Below are positions 34,570 to 45,882 of a DNA stretch of 64,000 nucleotides, piece after piece. Below the pieces are notes generated by a model. That model saw only the letters and a list, made by a program, of their open reading frames with translations. It did not search any database and was not told the origin of the DNA. Each line of letters starts with the position of its first letter. The stretch's first letter is position 1. A program made the translations under genes and the position numbers. Origin of the DNA: Candidatus Omnitrophota bacterium (lineage in GTDB: Bacteria > Omnitrophota > Gorgyraeia > Gygaellales > Profunditerraquicolaceae); NCBI GenBank assembly GCA_903852325.1, contig CAINQO010000035.1, forward strand, positions 34,117-98,116, in the 5' to 3' direction.

Positions 34570-35804
34570 CACATAAGCCGAAAATTTATCTTTTAGATGT
34601 GACTAATCGCGACGGGGTGCAGACCTCGCGCATTTGCCTTTCCAAGCTGCAAAAAACCATGATCAACTGGTACCTTGACCAGATGGGCGTATATCAATCG
34701 GAATTCGGATTTCCGCTTACCCGCCATGAGACAAATTATCTTAACGCTAACCTGGAACTGGTCAAATTAGGGGGGTTTTCCCGGATCCGCTTGAGCGGCT
34801 GGCTGCGGGCGACAAAAGAGGATGTCAAGGGGGCTTTGAAGCTTGTCCCGCATTTAAAATATCTGAACCTTTCTATCTCCACCAGCGACCAGATGATCGT
34901 GCATAAATTTAAAGGCAAGCTTGACCATCAGTCGGTGATCGCAGAGATGCAGGAAGCGGTGGCTGCGGCTAAGGAAGCCGGGGCGGAATGCATCGGGGTA
35001 AATGCCGAGGATGCCTCGCGGACTAACCTGGATTACCTGGTGGAGTTTTCCCTTAAAGCCAAAGAAGCGGGGGCCGACCGTATCCGCTACTGCGACACTC
35101 TGGGGTGCGATACGCCTTTTAGCATCTATGACCGGATCAAGTTCCTGGCGGAAAATGTTGGCCTGCCCATCGAAGTGCACTGCCACAATGATTTAGGACT
35201 GGTGGTGGCTAACTCCATCGCCGGGGCAAGGGCGGCGGCGGATGCCGGGCAGGATTCTTACATCAATACTTGCGTGAACGGGATGGGGGAGCGCGCCGGT
35301 AACGCCGATCTGGTTTCCGTGATCCTGGCGATTAAATACGGCCAGGGGATGAATGGTTATACCCTGGATGAAAAAGTGGATTTAAAGATGGCCTGGAAGA
35401 TCTGCAAATACGCTTCTTATGCTTTCGGGGTTCCTATCCCGATCAACCAGCCGGGAGTGGGGGCCAATGCCTTCGCCCATGAATCCGGGATCCATGCCGA
35501 CGGGGCTTTAAAGGACAGGCGCAATTACGAACTTTACGATTATGAGGAGCTGGGCCGCGGGGAACCGGAGATAATCGAAACCGGGCGCAAGATCACCGCC
35601 GGAGAATATTCGGGGATCAAGGGGTTCCGCAATGTTTATGAAAAACTGGAAGTGGCTTTCAAGGACGACGCAGAAGCAACGCGCATTTTGGAGCTGGTCC
35701 GCTACGCCAATGTGCATAACCAGAAACCGCTGGTCGACGATGAATTGAATTTTATCGCTAAATATCCGGATATCGCGCATAAGATATTTACGATGACCCC
35801 GTAA
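34566..35804 (+). CDS. DRE-TIM metallolyase (HMGL-like; isopropylmalate/homocitrate/citramalate synthase family) of unassigned specificity
   Basis: LLDVTNRDGVQ (variant of TLRDGEQ) and HCHNDLGLVVANSIAGARAAADAG...TCVNGMGERAGNADL. 412 aa with no LeuA-type regulatory domain. Confidence 0.7.
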   Translation: MTHKPKIYLLDVTNRDGVQTSRICLSKLQKTMINWYLDQMGVYQSEFGFPLTRHETNYLNANLELVKLGGFSRIRLSGWLRATKEDVKGALKLVPHLKYLNLSISTSDQMIVHKFKGKLDHQSVIAEMQEAVAAAKEAGAECIGVNAEDASRTNLDYLVEFSLKAKEAGADRIRYCDTLGCDTPFSIYDRIKFLAENVGLPIEVHCHNDLGLVVANSIAGARAAADAGQDSYINTCVNGMGERAGNADLVSVILAIKYGQGMNGYTLDEKVDLKMAWKICKYASYAFGVPIPINQPGVGANAFAHESGIHADGALKDRRNYELYDYEELGRGEPEIIETGRKITAGEYSGIKGFRNVYEKLEVAFKDDAEATRILELVRYANVHNQKPLVDDELNFIAKYPDIAHKIFTMTP

Positions 35805-35852
35805 ATATCGAACGAGAGAGTAGTTAGCAGGCTGAATGCGGGTTAGTTAACA

Positions 35853-37198
<1,346 letters not shown>

Positions 37199-37217
37199 GT
37201 GGTTGAGGATAAAACAC

Positions 37218-37246
37218 TTGACTAGTAAATTTGGTTATGGTATATT
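37218..37246 (+). promoter_or_regulatory. Strong sigma70-like promoter for the ompA-like operon
   Basis: TTGACT, 17 nt, TATATT, about 45 nt upstream of the ATG at 37292. Confidence 0.5.
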
Positions 37247-37291
37247 TAAACTTCAACAAAAAAATAAATCAATTTACGCATTGGAGGAAAA

Positions 37292-37942
37292 ATGAGGAAT
37301 AAATTTCTTAAATCAATATTCGTATTTTTTATCACTTTAAGTTTGGCCGGATGTACCTTTATTTTCCAGGCCGGTAAGCGCAGCGACGCGCAGAAAATCG
37401 AAGAATTAAGCGCGCAATTGGATGAACTGGCGCGCTCCAAGGGGCTTCTGGAACAGAAACTCGGCCAGGAAATCAATGATAAGCAGATCAAGCTCCAGAT
37501 GATGGAAAAGGGGCTGGTGATTACCGTGGTCGGGGACCTGATCTTTGATTCCGGTAAAGCCAAGATCCGCCCTGAAGCCTATTCTTTGCTGACCAAGGTT
37601 TCGGATGTATTAAAAGATAATATGGCCCAGTTCAATATCGGCATTGAAGGGCATACGGATAACGTTCCGATCAAACAAAGCGGCTGGAAATCTAATTGGG
37701 AACTTTCTACGGCCAGGGCTTTAAGCGTCCTGCATTATCTGGCCAAAGATCAGGGTATACAGCCGGAACGCTTGTCAGCGATCGGCTATGGCGAGTACCG
37801 CCCGGTAGCTTCCAACGAAACCAAGGACGGCCGCAAGCAGAACCGCCGGGTGGAGATAGTTATTTTACCCAACGTTACCAAGGTTAAGGGTGGCTCATCC
37901 GGCGCCGCGGAAGCGAAAGAACCGCAGGAAAACCTTAAATAA
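37292..37942 (+). CDS. OmpA/MotB-family lipoprotein (coiled-coil plus OmpA-like peptidoglycan-binding domain)
   Basis: Lipobox LSLAGCT. OmpA_C motifs GHTDNVPI...NWELSTARALSVLHYL...NRRVEIVI. 216 aa. Confidence 0.8.
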   Translation: MRNKFLKSIFVFFITLSLAGCTFIFQAGKRSDAQKIEELSAQLDELARSKGLLEQKLGQEINDKQIKLQMMEKGLVITVVGDLIFDSGKAKIRPEAYSLLTKVSDVLKDNMAQFNIGIEGHTDNVPIKQSGWKSNWELSTARALSVLHYLAKDQGIQPERLSAIGYGEYRPVASNETKDGRKQNRRVEIVILPNVTKVKGGSSGAAEAKEPQENLK

Positions 37943-37944
37943 AA

Positions 37945-38328
37945 ATGGATGAAGCTTTAAAAGACCGTATTTTAATAACTTTATCGGTATTAACGGCAAT
38001 CTTTTTTTTCAGCACCTTGAGCTCCTGCAATAGCGCGATGCGCCAGCGGTCGGCGCGCGATAAAGAGATGGCCGCCCGGTTAGCCTTGGAAGAGAAATCC
38101 GGCAAGTATTCGCAGGAAAAATCCGCCTTAGAAGAAAAGGCCAAGGCCAAAGAGAATGAAGTTGTCGAGTTAAAAGCCACCCTGGATGCAACCAAGAAAG
38201 CCTTACTTCAGGACCAGCTGGTCAGTCAAAGCTTGAAAGACGAGCTGCAAAAAGTTACCAAGCTGAAAGAAAATCTGGAAGAACAATTGCAGCAGGCTGT
38301 GTCAGACGGGAAGAAACCTAAAAAATGA
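37945..38328 (+). CDS. Membrane-anchored coiled-coil protein (hypothetical)
   Basis: N-terminal hydrophobic segment with LSSC, then a heptad-rich K/E region. 127 aa. Confidence 0.45.
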   Translation: MDEALKDRILITLSVLTAIFFFSTLSSCNSAMRQRSARDKEMAARLALEEKSGKYSQEKSALEEKAKAKENEVVELKATLDATKKALLQDQLVSQSLKDELQKVTKLKENLEEQLQQAVSDGKKPKK

Positions 38329-38374
38329 AATAAAGGGGGAAAATAGGGGTGAGGTCGGTAAGATTTTAAGTTTC

Positions 38375-38399
38375 AGGGGAGAGAATCCCCTTTTTTATT
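38375..38399 (+). terminator. Rho-independent terminator
   Basis: GGGGA-GAGAA-TCCCC followed by TTTTTTATT, 47 nt after the stop at 38328. Confidence 0.6.
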
Positions 38400-38417
38400 G
38401 GAAGGAGGCAGGCGGCA

Positions 38418-39401
38418 ATGAGAAAAATATTAAAGAAATCCAAAGAGGCCTTGATCAAAACTATTTCTAAGGCTAAATCCAAATTGCGGGCGGGTTTGAA
38501 AAGGAAGCCGGCAGCGGCTAAAGTTTCCGCAAGGCAGGCAGCCAAAACCGCCGTGGGTCTTGATGAGACCATCATTGCCAATACCAAATTTTACCAGGCC
38601 CCGCAGGCGCCTTTTATTCCGGTGCGCCCGCAGGAACTGCCGGCGTTTTACGACCAGGACAGGATCATCCTGCAGGTGCGCGATCCGCATTGGCTGCACA
38701 CTTATTGGGAGGTCAGGCAGAAGACGCTCGAAGATCTCCGGCATCGGCTGGGAGATGATTTTTCCCGCGCCAAAAAAGTTTTAAGGGTTTATGATGTTAC
38801 CAATATTATGTTTAACGGTTCCAACGCTAACCGCTTTTTCGATATCCAGATCAATGATTTTGCCAGCAGCTGGTATGTGGACACCGCCGGACCCGGCCGG
38901 GCCTGGTGCATTGATTTAGGTTTAATGCTGCCCGACGGGCGCTTTATTACCATTTTGCGTTCCAATGTTGTGCAAACCCCCCTGGACGGGCCATCCTGGG
39001 TCACCGATGAAGAGTGGATGATCCCCGATGAAATGTTTGCCCGGCTTTACGGGATGGGGTTTGGTTTGGGTAAAAGTTCCCCGGTGGGCGGTGCCTGGCA
39101 GCAGAGGATCAAAGAGGGATTGTTCAGTTCCGGGCTGTCCAGCGGAAGCCCGGTAAAAAAACAGGTCAAAGAAAGAAGCTTCTGGTTAAAAGTTGACTGC
39201 GAATTGATCGTTTACGGGGCCACCGAGCCCGACGCCAAAGTTACCGTTCAGGGAGCGCCGATCAAACTAAGGCCGGACGGCACCTTTACTTTGCGTTATT
39301 ATCTTCCCGATGGAAAACAGGTGATTCCGGTCAAAGCCGTTGCTGCGGATAAGCTGGAAGAACGCACCATCACTCCGATCGTAACCCGGGAAACCAAATA
39401 A
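38418..39401 (+). CDS. DUF4912-like protein (commonly found upstream of GH57 genes)
   Basis: 327 aa with a basic N-terminus and no enzymatic motif. Family assignment rests on the conserved W/Y-rich core and its adjacency to GH57. Confidence 0.5.
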   Translation: MRKILKKSKEALIKTISKAKSKLRAGLKRKPAAAKVSARQAAKTAVGLDETIIANTKFYQAPQAPFIPVRPQELPAFYDQDRIILQVRDPHWLHTYWEVRQKTLEDLRHRLGDDFSRAKKVLRVYDVTNIMFNGSNANRFFDIQINDFASSWYVDTAGPGRAWCIDLGLMLPDGRFITILRSNVVQTPLDGPSWVTDEEWMIPDEMFARLYGMGFGLGKSSPVGGAWQQRIKEGLFSSGLSSGSPVKKQVKERSFWLKVDCELIVYGATEPDAKVTVQGAPIKLRPDGTFTLRYYLPDGKQVIPVKAVAADKLEERTITPIVTRETK

Positions 39402-39406
39402 AAAAT

Positions 39407-40987
39407 ATGCCTAAAGGATACCTTTGTTTAGTCTTGCATGGCCACCTGCCTTTCGTGCGCCATCCGGAACATGAAAATTTTTTAGAGGAAGATTGGCTGT
39501 ATGAAGCGATCACCGAAACTTATGTGCCGTTGCTTTCCGTTTTTCAGGGGCTGGTCAATGAGGGGGTCGATTTCAGGATCACCATGACCCTTAGCCCTAC
39601 GCTGATTTCCATGCTCAGCGACCCGCTTTTGCAGGGCCGTTACCTAAAGCATATCAATAAGCTTATCGAGCTGACCCAAAAAGAGATCGAGCGGACAAAA
39701 TGGCAGCCGGAGTTCCGGGATCTGGCGCAGATGTATTTCGATAGATTTTCCCACGCCCGCAACATGTTCCAGCAGTATGATTCCAACCTGGTTACCGCTT
39801 TTAAAAAATTCCAGGACCTGGGAAAGCTGGAAATAATTACCTGCGGGGCGACGCACGGATTTTTCCCGCTGATGGATGTTTCCCGGGCTTCGGTGCGCGC
39901 TCAGGTAAAAGTGGCGGCGGACCATTACGAGCGGACCTTTGGCCGGCGGCCGCGGGGGATCTGGCTGCCGGAATGCGGGTATGCTCCGGGCCAGGATGAG
40001 ATACTTAAAGAAGCGGGGATCCGTTATTTTTTCACCGATTCCCACGGATTGCTGCACGGGACTCCCCGGCCCAAATACGGGGTATTTGCCCCGGTTTATT
40101 GCAAGGGCAGCGGCGTCGCGGCTTTCGGCCGGGACCTGGAGTCTTCTAAGCAGGTGTGGAGTTCCATCGAAGGTTATCCCGGCGATTATAATTACCGGGA
40201 ATTTTACCGGGATATCGGTTTTGACCTGGAGTTCGATTACATCAAGCCTTATATCCATCCGGATGGAGTGCGGATCAATACCGGGATAAAATATTACCGG
40301 ATTACCGGCACGACCAACCATAAAGAGCCTTATGTGGCGCAGTGGGCCAGAGACAGGGCGGCCGATCACGCCGGAAATTTTATGTTCAACCGCCAGAAAC
40401 AGGTTAGCTACCTTAATGACCTGATGGGTAAGGCCCCGATCCTGGTTTCCCCTTATGACGCCGAGCTTTTCGGGCATTGGTGGTATGAGGGGCCGATGTG
40501 GCTGGATTTTCTGTTCCGCAAGATCGCTTTTGACCAGAATGAGATCAGCCTGATCACTCCTTCAGAATACCTGGAGCAAAATCCGCGCAATCAGGTAGTC
40601 ACCCCGTCTTTTTCCAGCTGGGGATATAAAGGTTATTCGGAAATGTGGCTGCAGGGAAGCAATGACTGGATTTACCGCCACCTGCATGTCGCCTCCGAAC
40701 GGATGACCGAGCTGGCCAGGAACCATCCCTCATCCGACGGGCTTATGCGCCGGGCATTAAATCAGGCTTTACGCGAATTACTGCTGGCGCAAAGTTCCGA
40801 TTGGGGGTTTATCCTGGGCACCGGCACGCACACCAGTTACGCCATACGCCGCACCAAGGACCATCTTTTGAGGTTTACCAGGATTTATGAAGATATTAAA
40901 TCCAACAATCTCGATGGAAATTGGCTTGCTGATATAGAATATAAAGATAATATCTTCCCGGATATAAATTACCAGGTCCATCAGTAG
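39407..40987 (+). CDS. Glycoside hydrolase family 57 (alpha-glucan branching enzyme-like)
   Basis: N-terminal GH57 signature LCLVLHGHLPFVRHPE...EDWLYEAITETYVPLL. 526 aa. Confidence 0.85.
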   Translation: MPKGYLCLVLHGHLPFVRHPEHENFLEEDWLYEAITETYVPLLSVFQGLVNEGVDFRITMTLSPTLISMLSDPLLQGRYLKHINKLIELTQKEIERTKWQPEFRDLAQMYFDRFSHARNMFQQYDSNLVTAFKKFQDLGKLEIITCGATHGFFPLMDVSRASVRAQVKVAADHYERTFGRRPRGIWLPECGYAPGQDEILKEAGIRYFFTDSHGLLHGTPRPKYGVFAPVYCKGSGVAAFGRDLESSKQVWSSIEGYPGDYNYREFYRDIGFDLEFDYIKPYIHPDGVRINTGIKYYRITGTTNHKEPYVAQWARDRAADHAGNFMFNRQKQVSYLNDLMGKAPILVSPYDAELFGHWWYEGPMWLDFLFRKIAFDQNEISLITPSEYLEQNPRNQVVTPSFSSWGYKGYSEMWLQGSNDWIYRHLHVASERMTELARNHPSSDGLMRRALNQALRELLLAQSSDWGFILGTGTHTSYAIRRTKDHLLRFTRIYEDIKSNNLDGNWLADIEYKDNIFPDINYQVHQ

Positions 40988-40988
40988 G

Positions 40989-41711
40989 ATGCAGGAAAAT
41001 CCCGACAGAATTCCCAAGCATGTCGCTTTTATCATGGACGGCAACGGGCGCTGGGCGAAAAATAAAGGTTTGGCGCGCACCGCCGGGCACCGCCGGGGAG
41101 TGCAGCGGGTAAAAGAGATCATCCGCGGCGCCGCCGGACTGGGCATTGAAGCGGTGACCTTTTTTGCTTTTTCGACGGAAAACTGGAGCCGCCCCAAGGC
41201 CGAGGTCGCCGTGCTGATGCGTTATCTGGATAATTTTCTCGATAAAGAGATCGAGGCCTTGCATAAAAGTAATGTGCGTTTTACGGTGATCGGGCGGGCT
41301 GATCCGCTCCCCAAATATCTCCAGGCCAAGATCGCTAAGTGCGAAGAAAAGACCCGGAAAAATTCCGGGCTCAGGGTAATCCTGGCTTTAAATTACGGCG
41401 GCAGGCAGGAGATCGTGGATGCCGCCGAAAAATTTGCCCGGGAGGTACTGGAGAAGCGGGCGGATTTAGGGGGTTTGGATGAAGAAGGATTCAGCCGGTA
41501 TTTATATACCTCCGGGATCCCCGATCCGGACCTGTTGATCCGCACGAGCAATGAGATGCGGATCAGTAATTTTTTACTCTGGCAATTGTCTTACACGGAG
41601 TTTTACTTCCCGCATAAATTCTGGCCGGATTTCGGGATCGAAGATCTTAAGGAAGCGATAAAAGAATATCAAAAAAGGAATAGGAGATTCGGGGGATTAG
41701 ATGCTCATTAA
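40989..41711 (+). CDS. uppS: Undecaprenyl diphosphate synthase
   Basis: HVAFIMDGNGRWA and LNYGGRQEIV motifs. 240 aa. Confidence 0.9.
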   Translation: MQENPDRIPKHVAFIMDGNGRWAKNKGLARTAGHRRGVQRVKEIIRGAAGLGIEAVTFFAFSTENWSRPKAEVAVLMRYLDNFLDKEIEALHKSNVRFTVIGRADPLPKYLQAKIAKCEEKTRKNSGLRVILALNYGGRQEIVDAAEKFAREVLEKRADLGGLDEEGFSRYLYTSGIPDPDLLIRTSNEMRISNFLLWQLSYTEFYFPHKFWPDFGIEDLKEAIKEYQKRNRRFGGLDAH

Positions 41712-42489
41712 AAGGATATTTACTTCCGCCGCATTGATCGCCATCATTACCGGAGTGATTTTTTCCGAATGGCTCTGCAGCCTGACGATCATCGCCTTTA
41801 TTGTCCTGGGGCTGTATGAATATTTCGCGATGTTGGAGAAAAAAGGGATCTGTATTTATAAATATTTCGGCATCGGGGTTGGGGCGATCATTCCTTTATC
41901 GATCATGTTCCGGTTTGAGCCGACCAAGAGCTGGGAGCTGCTTTTTATCGTCCTGGCTTTGATCTTTCTTATTTTGATGCAATTTAAACGCCGGGACAAC
42001 TCCGGGGTGATCGTGGACATCTCCACCACTCTTTTCGGTATCCTTTATGTTTCCTGGTTCTTCAGTTTTATGATCAAGATCCGCTATCTTCCCGGCGGGT
42101 TGGGATTTTTAGTCGCCCTGCTCTCCATCACCAAATTGGGGGATATCGGAGCATATTTAGTGGGGAGCAAGTGGGGAAAGAAACTTTTAATGCCCCGGAT
42201 CAGTCCGAAGAAAACCGTGGAGGGTTCATTGGGGGGGTTGATTTTCAGCATCGCCGGAGGCTTGGTTTGCAAGCCGCTTTTGCCTTTTAATTTCGGCCAG
42301 CTTTTTTTTGTTTCCGCCTGCCTGGGTATCCTGGGGCAGCTTGGGGATTTGTCGGAATCTTTGCTCAAACGGGACTGCCAGGTTAAAGATTCCGGAAATA
42401 TTTTCCCGGGAATGGGGGGAGCCTTGGATGAAATTGACAGCTTATTGTTTACCGCTCCGGTTTTTTATTTTATCTTAGCGCGGTTATAA
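41701..42489 (+). CDS. cdsA: Phosphatidate cytidylyltransferase
   Basis: Polytopic protein with the C-terminal CTP-transferase signature SxxKRxxxxKDxxxxxPGHGGxxDRxD (ESLLKRDCQVKDSGNIFPGMGGALDEIDSLLF). 262 aa. Confidence 0.85.
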   Translation: MLIKRIFTSAALIAIITGVIFSEWLCSLTIIAFIVLGLYEYFAMLEKKGICIYKYFGIGVGAIIPLSIMFRFEPTKSWELLFIVLALIFLILMQFKRRDNSGVIVDISTTLFGILYVSWFFSFMIKIRYLPGGLGFLVALLSITKLGDIGAYLVGSKWGKKLLMPRISPKKTVEGSLGGLIFSIAGGLVCKPLLPFNFGQLFFVSACLGILGQLGDLSESLLKRDCQVKDSGNIFPGMGGALDEIDSLLFTAPVFYFILARL

Positions 42490-42492
42490 AAA

Positions 42493-43674
42493 ATGAATCC
42501 TGCTCCAAAAAATATTGCGGTTTTAGGTTCCAGCGGCTCTATCGGTCAAAGTACTTTGGAAGTGGTCAGGGGCCTGCCGCGTGAATTTAAAATTGTCGCC
42601 CTAAGCGTTAATTCCGATATTGTCCGGTTAGAACAACAGATCAGGGAATTTAGGCCGAAATTAGTCTGTGTCGGGGATCCCCGGCAAGCGGTAAAATTAA
42701 GCGCCCGGACCGGTCCAGGGGTAAAAGTTCTTTGCGGAAAATCCGGCCTGGAAGAATTGGCGCAGCATAAAGATATTCAACAGGTGATGGTGGCGATTAC
42801 CGGCGCAAATGCTTTAGCTCCGTTAATCAGCGCGATCAAAAGCGGCAAAGAAGTGGCTTTGGCTAACAAAGAAGCGCTGGTGATGGCCGGCTCGCTGGTG
42901 ATGCGTTTAGCCAGCCGGCATAAAGTTTTGATCCGTCCGGTAGATAGCGAACAGTCGGCGATCTGGCAGAGCCTGGGCGATAGCGGGGCGGAAAATATCA
43001 GGAAGATATACCTGACCGCTTCCGGCGGGCCGCTTCGGACCTGGCCGGCAAGTAAGTTTAAGCGGGTGTCGGTGGAAGAAGTATTGCGCCATCCGCGTTG
43101 GAAAATGGGCAGGAAGATCACGGTAGACTCGGCAACCTTGATGAATAAAGGGCTGGAGCTGCTGGAAGCGATGTTCCTGTTCGGCCTGGGGGAGGATAAA
43201 ATAAAAGTATTGGTCCACCCGGAAGCGTTGATCCATTCCATGGTCGAATTTAAGGATGGGGTGACCATGGCGCAGCTTTCCGTCACGGATATGCGCGTGC
43301 CTATCCAGTACGCCTTGACCTATCCCCGGCGCCTGCCGAATACGATCAGGGGAATAGATTTTTACCGTTTGCATAAACTGCATTTTGCCAAACCTGATCT
43401 ACAAAAGTTTCCCTGCCTGGCGCTGGCTTACCAGGCTGCCCGGCAGTTAGGCACCGTGCCGGCGGTTTTAAATGCCGCCAATGAAGCCTGCGTAGAGATG
43501 TTCCTTGAGCGCAAGATCGGTTTCTTAAGTATCGCCGGGATCGTGGAGAAAGTGATGCGCCGCCATACCAGGATTTCTTCTCCGGGATTGCGGGAAATAA
43601 TGGATGCCGATAGCTGGGCCAGGGAGGAAGTTTTGCGCATCGCCGCCGGCTCAAAAACTATGAGGGTTTTATAA
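42493..43674 (+). CDS. dxr: 1-deoxy-D-xylulose 5-phosphate reductoisomerase
   Basis: IAVLGSSGSIGQSTLEV, LANKEALV, HPRWKMG. 393 aa. Confidence 0.95.
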   Translation: MNPAPKNIAVLGSSGSIGQSTLEVVRGLPREFKIVALSVNSDIVRLEQQIREFRPKLVCVGDPRQAVKLSARTGPGVKVLCGKSGLEELAQHKDIQQVMVAITGANALAPLISAIKSGKEVALANKEALVMAGSLVMRLASRHKVLIRPVDSEQSAIWQSLGDSGAENIRKIYLTASGGPLRTWPASKFKRVSVEEVLRHPRWKMGRKITVDSATLMNKGLELLEAMFLFGLGEDKIKVLVHPEALIHSMVEFKDGVTMAQLSVTDMRVPIQYALTYPRRLPNTIRGIDFYRLHKLHFAKPDLQKFPCLALAYQAARQLGTVPAVLNAANEACVEMFLERKIGFLSIAGIVEKVMRRHTRISSPGLREIMDADSWAREEVLRIAAGSKTMRVL

Positions 43675-43677
43675 ATC

Positions 43678-44760
43678 ATGATTACTGTCCTGATTTTTAT
43701 TTTTATCTTGAGCCTGTTGATTATAGTGCATGAGTTCGGCCATTTTATCTGTGCCAGAGCCAACGGGGTGCGGGTGGAGCAATTTTCCCTGGGGTTCGGG
43801 CCGCTCATCTTTAAAAGAAAAAAAGGGGATACCGAGTATAGCCTGAATTTGATCCCTCTGGGCGGTTACGTCAAGATGGCCGGGGACACCCAGTCGGAAT
43901 ATAAAGGGAAAGGCGATGAGTATTTCGCCAAGCCGGCGGGAAAAAGATTTCAGATTATTTTTTGCGGGCCGCTCCTGAATTATTTCCTGGGATTTTTATT
44001 TTTCTGGCTGATCCTTTTTATCGGCTATCCCGGTTTGACCGCTAAAGTCGGCGGTCTGGTTGAAGGTTACGGCGCCCAAGCCGCGGGTTTGGCCGTCGGG
44101 GACAATATCCTTTCAGTGGATGGCAAGAAAGTTTTGCTTTGGGAGGAGCTGCAGCAGGCGGTACGGGAAAGAAAAAACCCCGGCAGCGTCGCTTTGCAGG
44201 TTTTACGCGGGGATAAGGAATTCAGTGTCAATGTTCCGATCAAATCTAAGGTGCTTGATGACCAATTGGGCGAGAAGCGCGCTTTGGGGATCATCGGTAT
44301 TTCTCCTTTTGATGAAGTAATCGAAGTCAGGCACGGCTTTTTAGAGTCGGCGGGGCTGGGATTTAAAAAAACCCTGGAACTGACGGCGATGACCTATACC
44401 GGTTTATGGAGACTGGTTACCGGAAAAATGTCGATGCGCGATTCGATGACCGGTCCGCTGGGGATATTTTTTATCACCTCCCAGGCGGCAAAATTAGGGT
44501 TGGTCGCCTTACTGCACCTGGTGGCCGTGTTAAGCGTGAGCCTGGCGATCTTTAATCTTTTGCCGTTGCCGATCTTAGACGGCGGCCACATTTTTTTGCT
44601 GGGGCTGGAAAAATTAAGGAAAAAAGCGCTGGGGGTAAAGGCGGAAGAAATTATCAATAATGTCGGGCTTTCCCTGATGATCACCCTGGCCTTATTTGTT
44701 ACTTATAACGATATCCTCAGGCTTTACGGGGAAAAGTTCAGCAAGCTGGCGGGTAAATAA
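43678..44760 (+). CDS. rseP: RIP metalloprotease RseP (site-2 protease, with PDZ)
   Basis: HEFGHFICAR zinc motif and C-terminal LPLPILDGGH. 360 aa. Confidence 0.9.
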   Translation: MITVLIFIFILSLLIIVHEFGHFICARANGVRVEQFSLGFGPLIFKRKKGDTEYSLNLIPLGGYVKMAGDTQSEYKGKGDEYFAKPAGKRFQIIFCGPLLNYFLGFLFFWLILFIGYPGLTAKVGGLVEGYGAQAAGLAVGDNILSVDGKKVLLWEELQQAVRERKNPGSVALQVLRGDKEFSVNVPIKSKVLDDQLGEKRALGIIGISPFDEVIEVRHGFLESAGLGFKKTLELTAMTYTGLWRLVTGKMSMRDSMTGPLGIFFITSQAAKLGLVALLHLVAVLSVSLAIFNLLPLPILDGGHIFLLGLEKLRKKALGVKAEEIINNVGLSLMITLALFVTYNDILRLYGEKFSKLAGK

Positions 44761-44762
44761 GC

Positions 44763-45839
44763 ATGGAAATAAAAAGAAGGAAATCCCGGGTAATTAAAAT
44801 CGGGAATTGCGCGATCGGAGGCAGGAATCCGGTAGCGATCCAATCGATGGCCAAGACTAAAACCGCCGACATTGATAATACTGTGGCCCAGATCCGGCAA
44901 TTGGAACTGGCCGGCTGCCAGATTGTCCGTTTGGCGGTTAAGGATGAGGATGACGCCAGGGCGATAAAGGCAATAAAGGCGCAGGCTAAAATCCCCCTGG
45001 TTGCGGACATCCATTTTTCCTACCGCCTTGCCTTGGCTGCGATTGAAAGCGGGGCGGATAAGATCAGGCTTAACCCGGGAAACATCGATAAGCCGCAGGA
45101 AATTAAAACGGTGGTCAGCGCCTTAAAATCCGCCGGGATACCTTTACGCATCGGATTAAACAGCGGTTCGGTAAAGGATGGGACGCGCAGGAATGCTTCG
45201 ATGACCGCTAAATTGGTCGCCGCGTGCCTGGATTATGTTAAAACGATCGAGAAATTAAAATATAACCGCCTGGTTATCTCACTCAAGGCCAATAATGTCC
45301 TGGATACGGTGGAAGCTTACCGTAAGGTGGCCAAGCTTTGCGACTACCCTTTGCACCTGGGTGTCACCGCTACCGGCAGCCCCTATAACGGGATAATCAA
45401 ATCCAGCATTGCTTTAGGGGCTTTGCTCCTGGAGGGGATTGGTGATACAATAAGGGTGTCCCTTACCGATAATCCCGTAGAAGAGATCAGGGCGGCCAAG
45501 GGTATTTTAGAGTCACTGGGGTTACGCCAGATTAAGGGGGTCCAGGTAATCAGCTGTCCGACCTGCGGGCGCTGCGAATTGGACCTGATCAATATCGTTA
45601 AAGAGCTGGAAACTAAATTAGCGCAGGAAAAATACCCGTCCTCCTTTAAAGGCTTAAAGGTTGCGGTGATGGGGTGCGTGGTTAACGGCCCGGGAGAGGC
45701 AAAAGAAGCCGATCTGGGAGTGGCCTTTGGCAGGGATACCGGGCTTTTGTTTGCGCGGGGTAAACCGGTTAAAAAAATATCCGCGAAAGATTGCGTGCGC
45801 ACTTTATTAAAAGAGATCGATTTAAGAAAAGCGCAATAG
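44763..45839 (+). CDS. ispG: 4-hydroxy-3-methylbut-2-enyl diphosphate synthase
   Basis: IQSMAKTKTADIDNTVAQI and the C-terminal CPTCGRC [4Fe-4S] cluster motif. 358 aa. Confidence 0.95.
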   Translation: MEIKRRKSRVIKIGNCAIGGRNPVAIQSMAKTKTADIDNTVAQIRQLELAGCQIVRLAVKDEDDARAIKAIKAQAKIPLVADIHFSYRLALAAIESGADKIRLNPGNIDKPQEIKTVVSALKSAGIPLRIGLNSGSVKDGTRRNASMTAKLVAACLDYVKTIEKLKYNRLVISLKANNVLDTVEAYRKVAKLCDYPLHLGVTATGSPYNGIIKSSIALGALLLEGIGDTIRVSLTDNPVEEIRAAKGILESLGLRQIKGVQVISCPTCGRCELDLINIVKELETKLAQEKYPSSFKGLKVAVMGCVVNGPGEAKEADLGVAFGRDTGLLFARGKPVKKISAKDCVRTLLKEIDLRKAQ

Positions 45840-45882
45840 TTTAATAACCGTATTTTTAGCTAACTGTCTAAGAGGAGAGAAT

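Noticed and set aside
39644-40477. 277-aa minus-strand ORF
   Set aside because: Antisense to the GH57 gene, which has strong family signatures. Arg/Pro-rich shadow translation.
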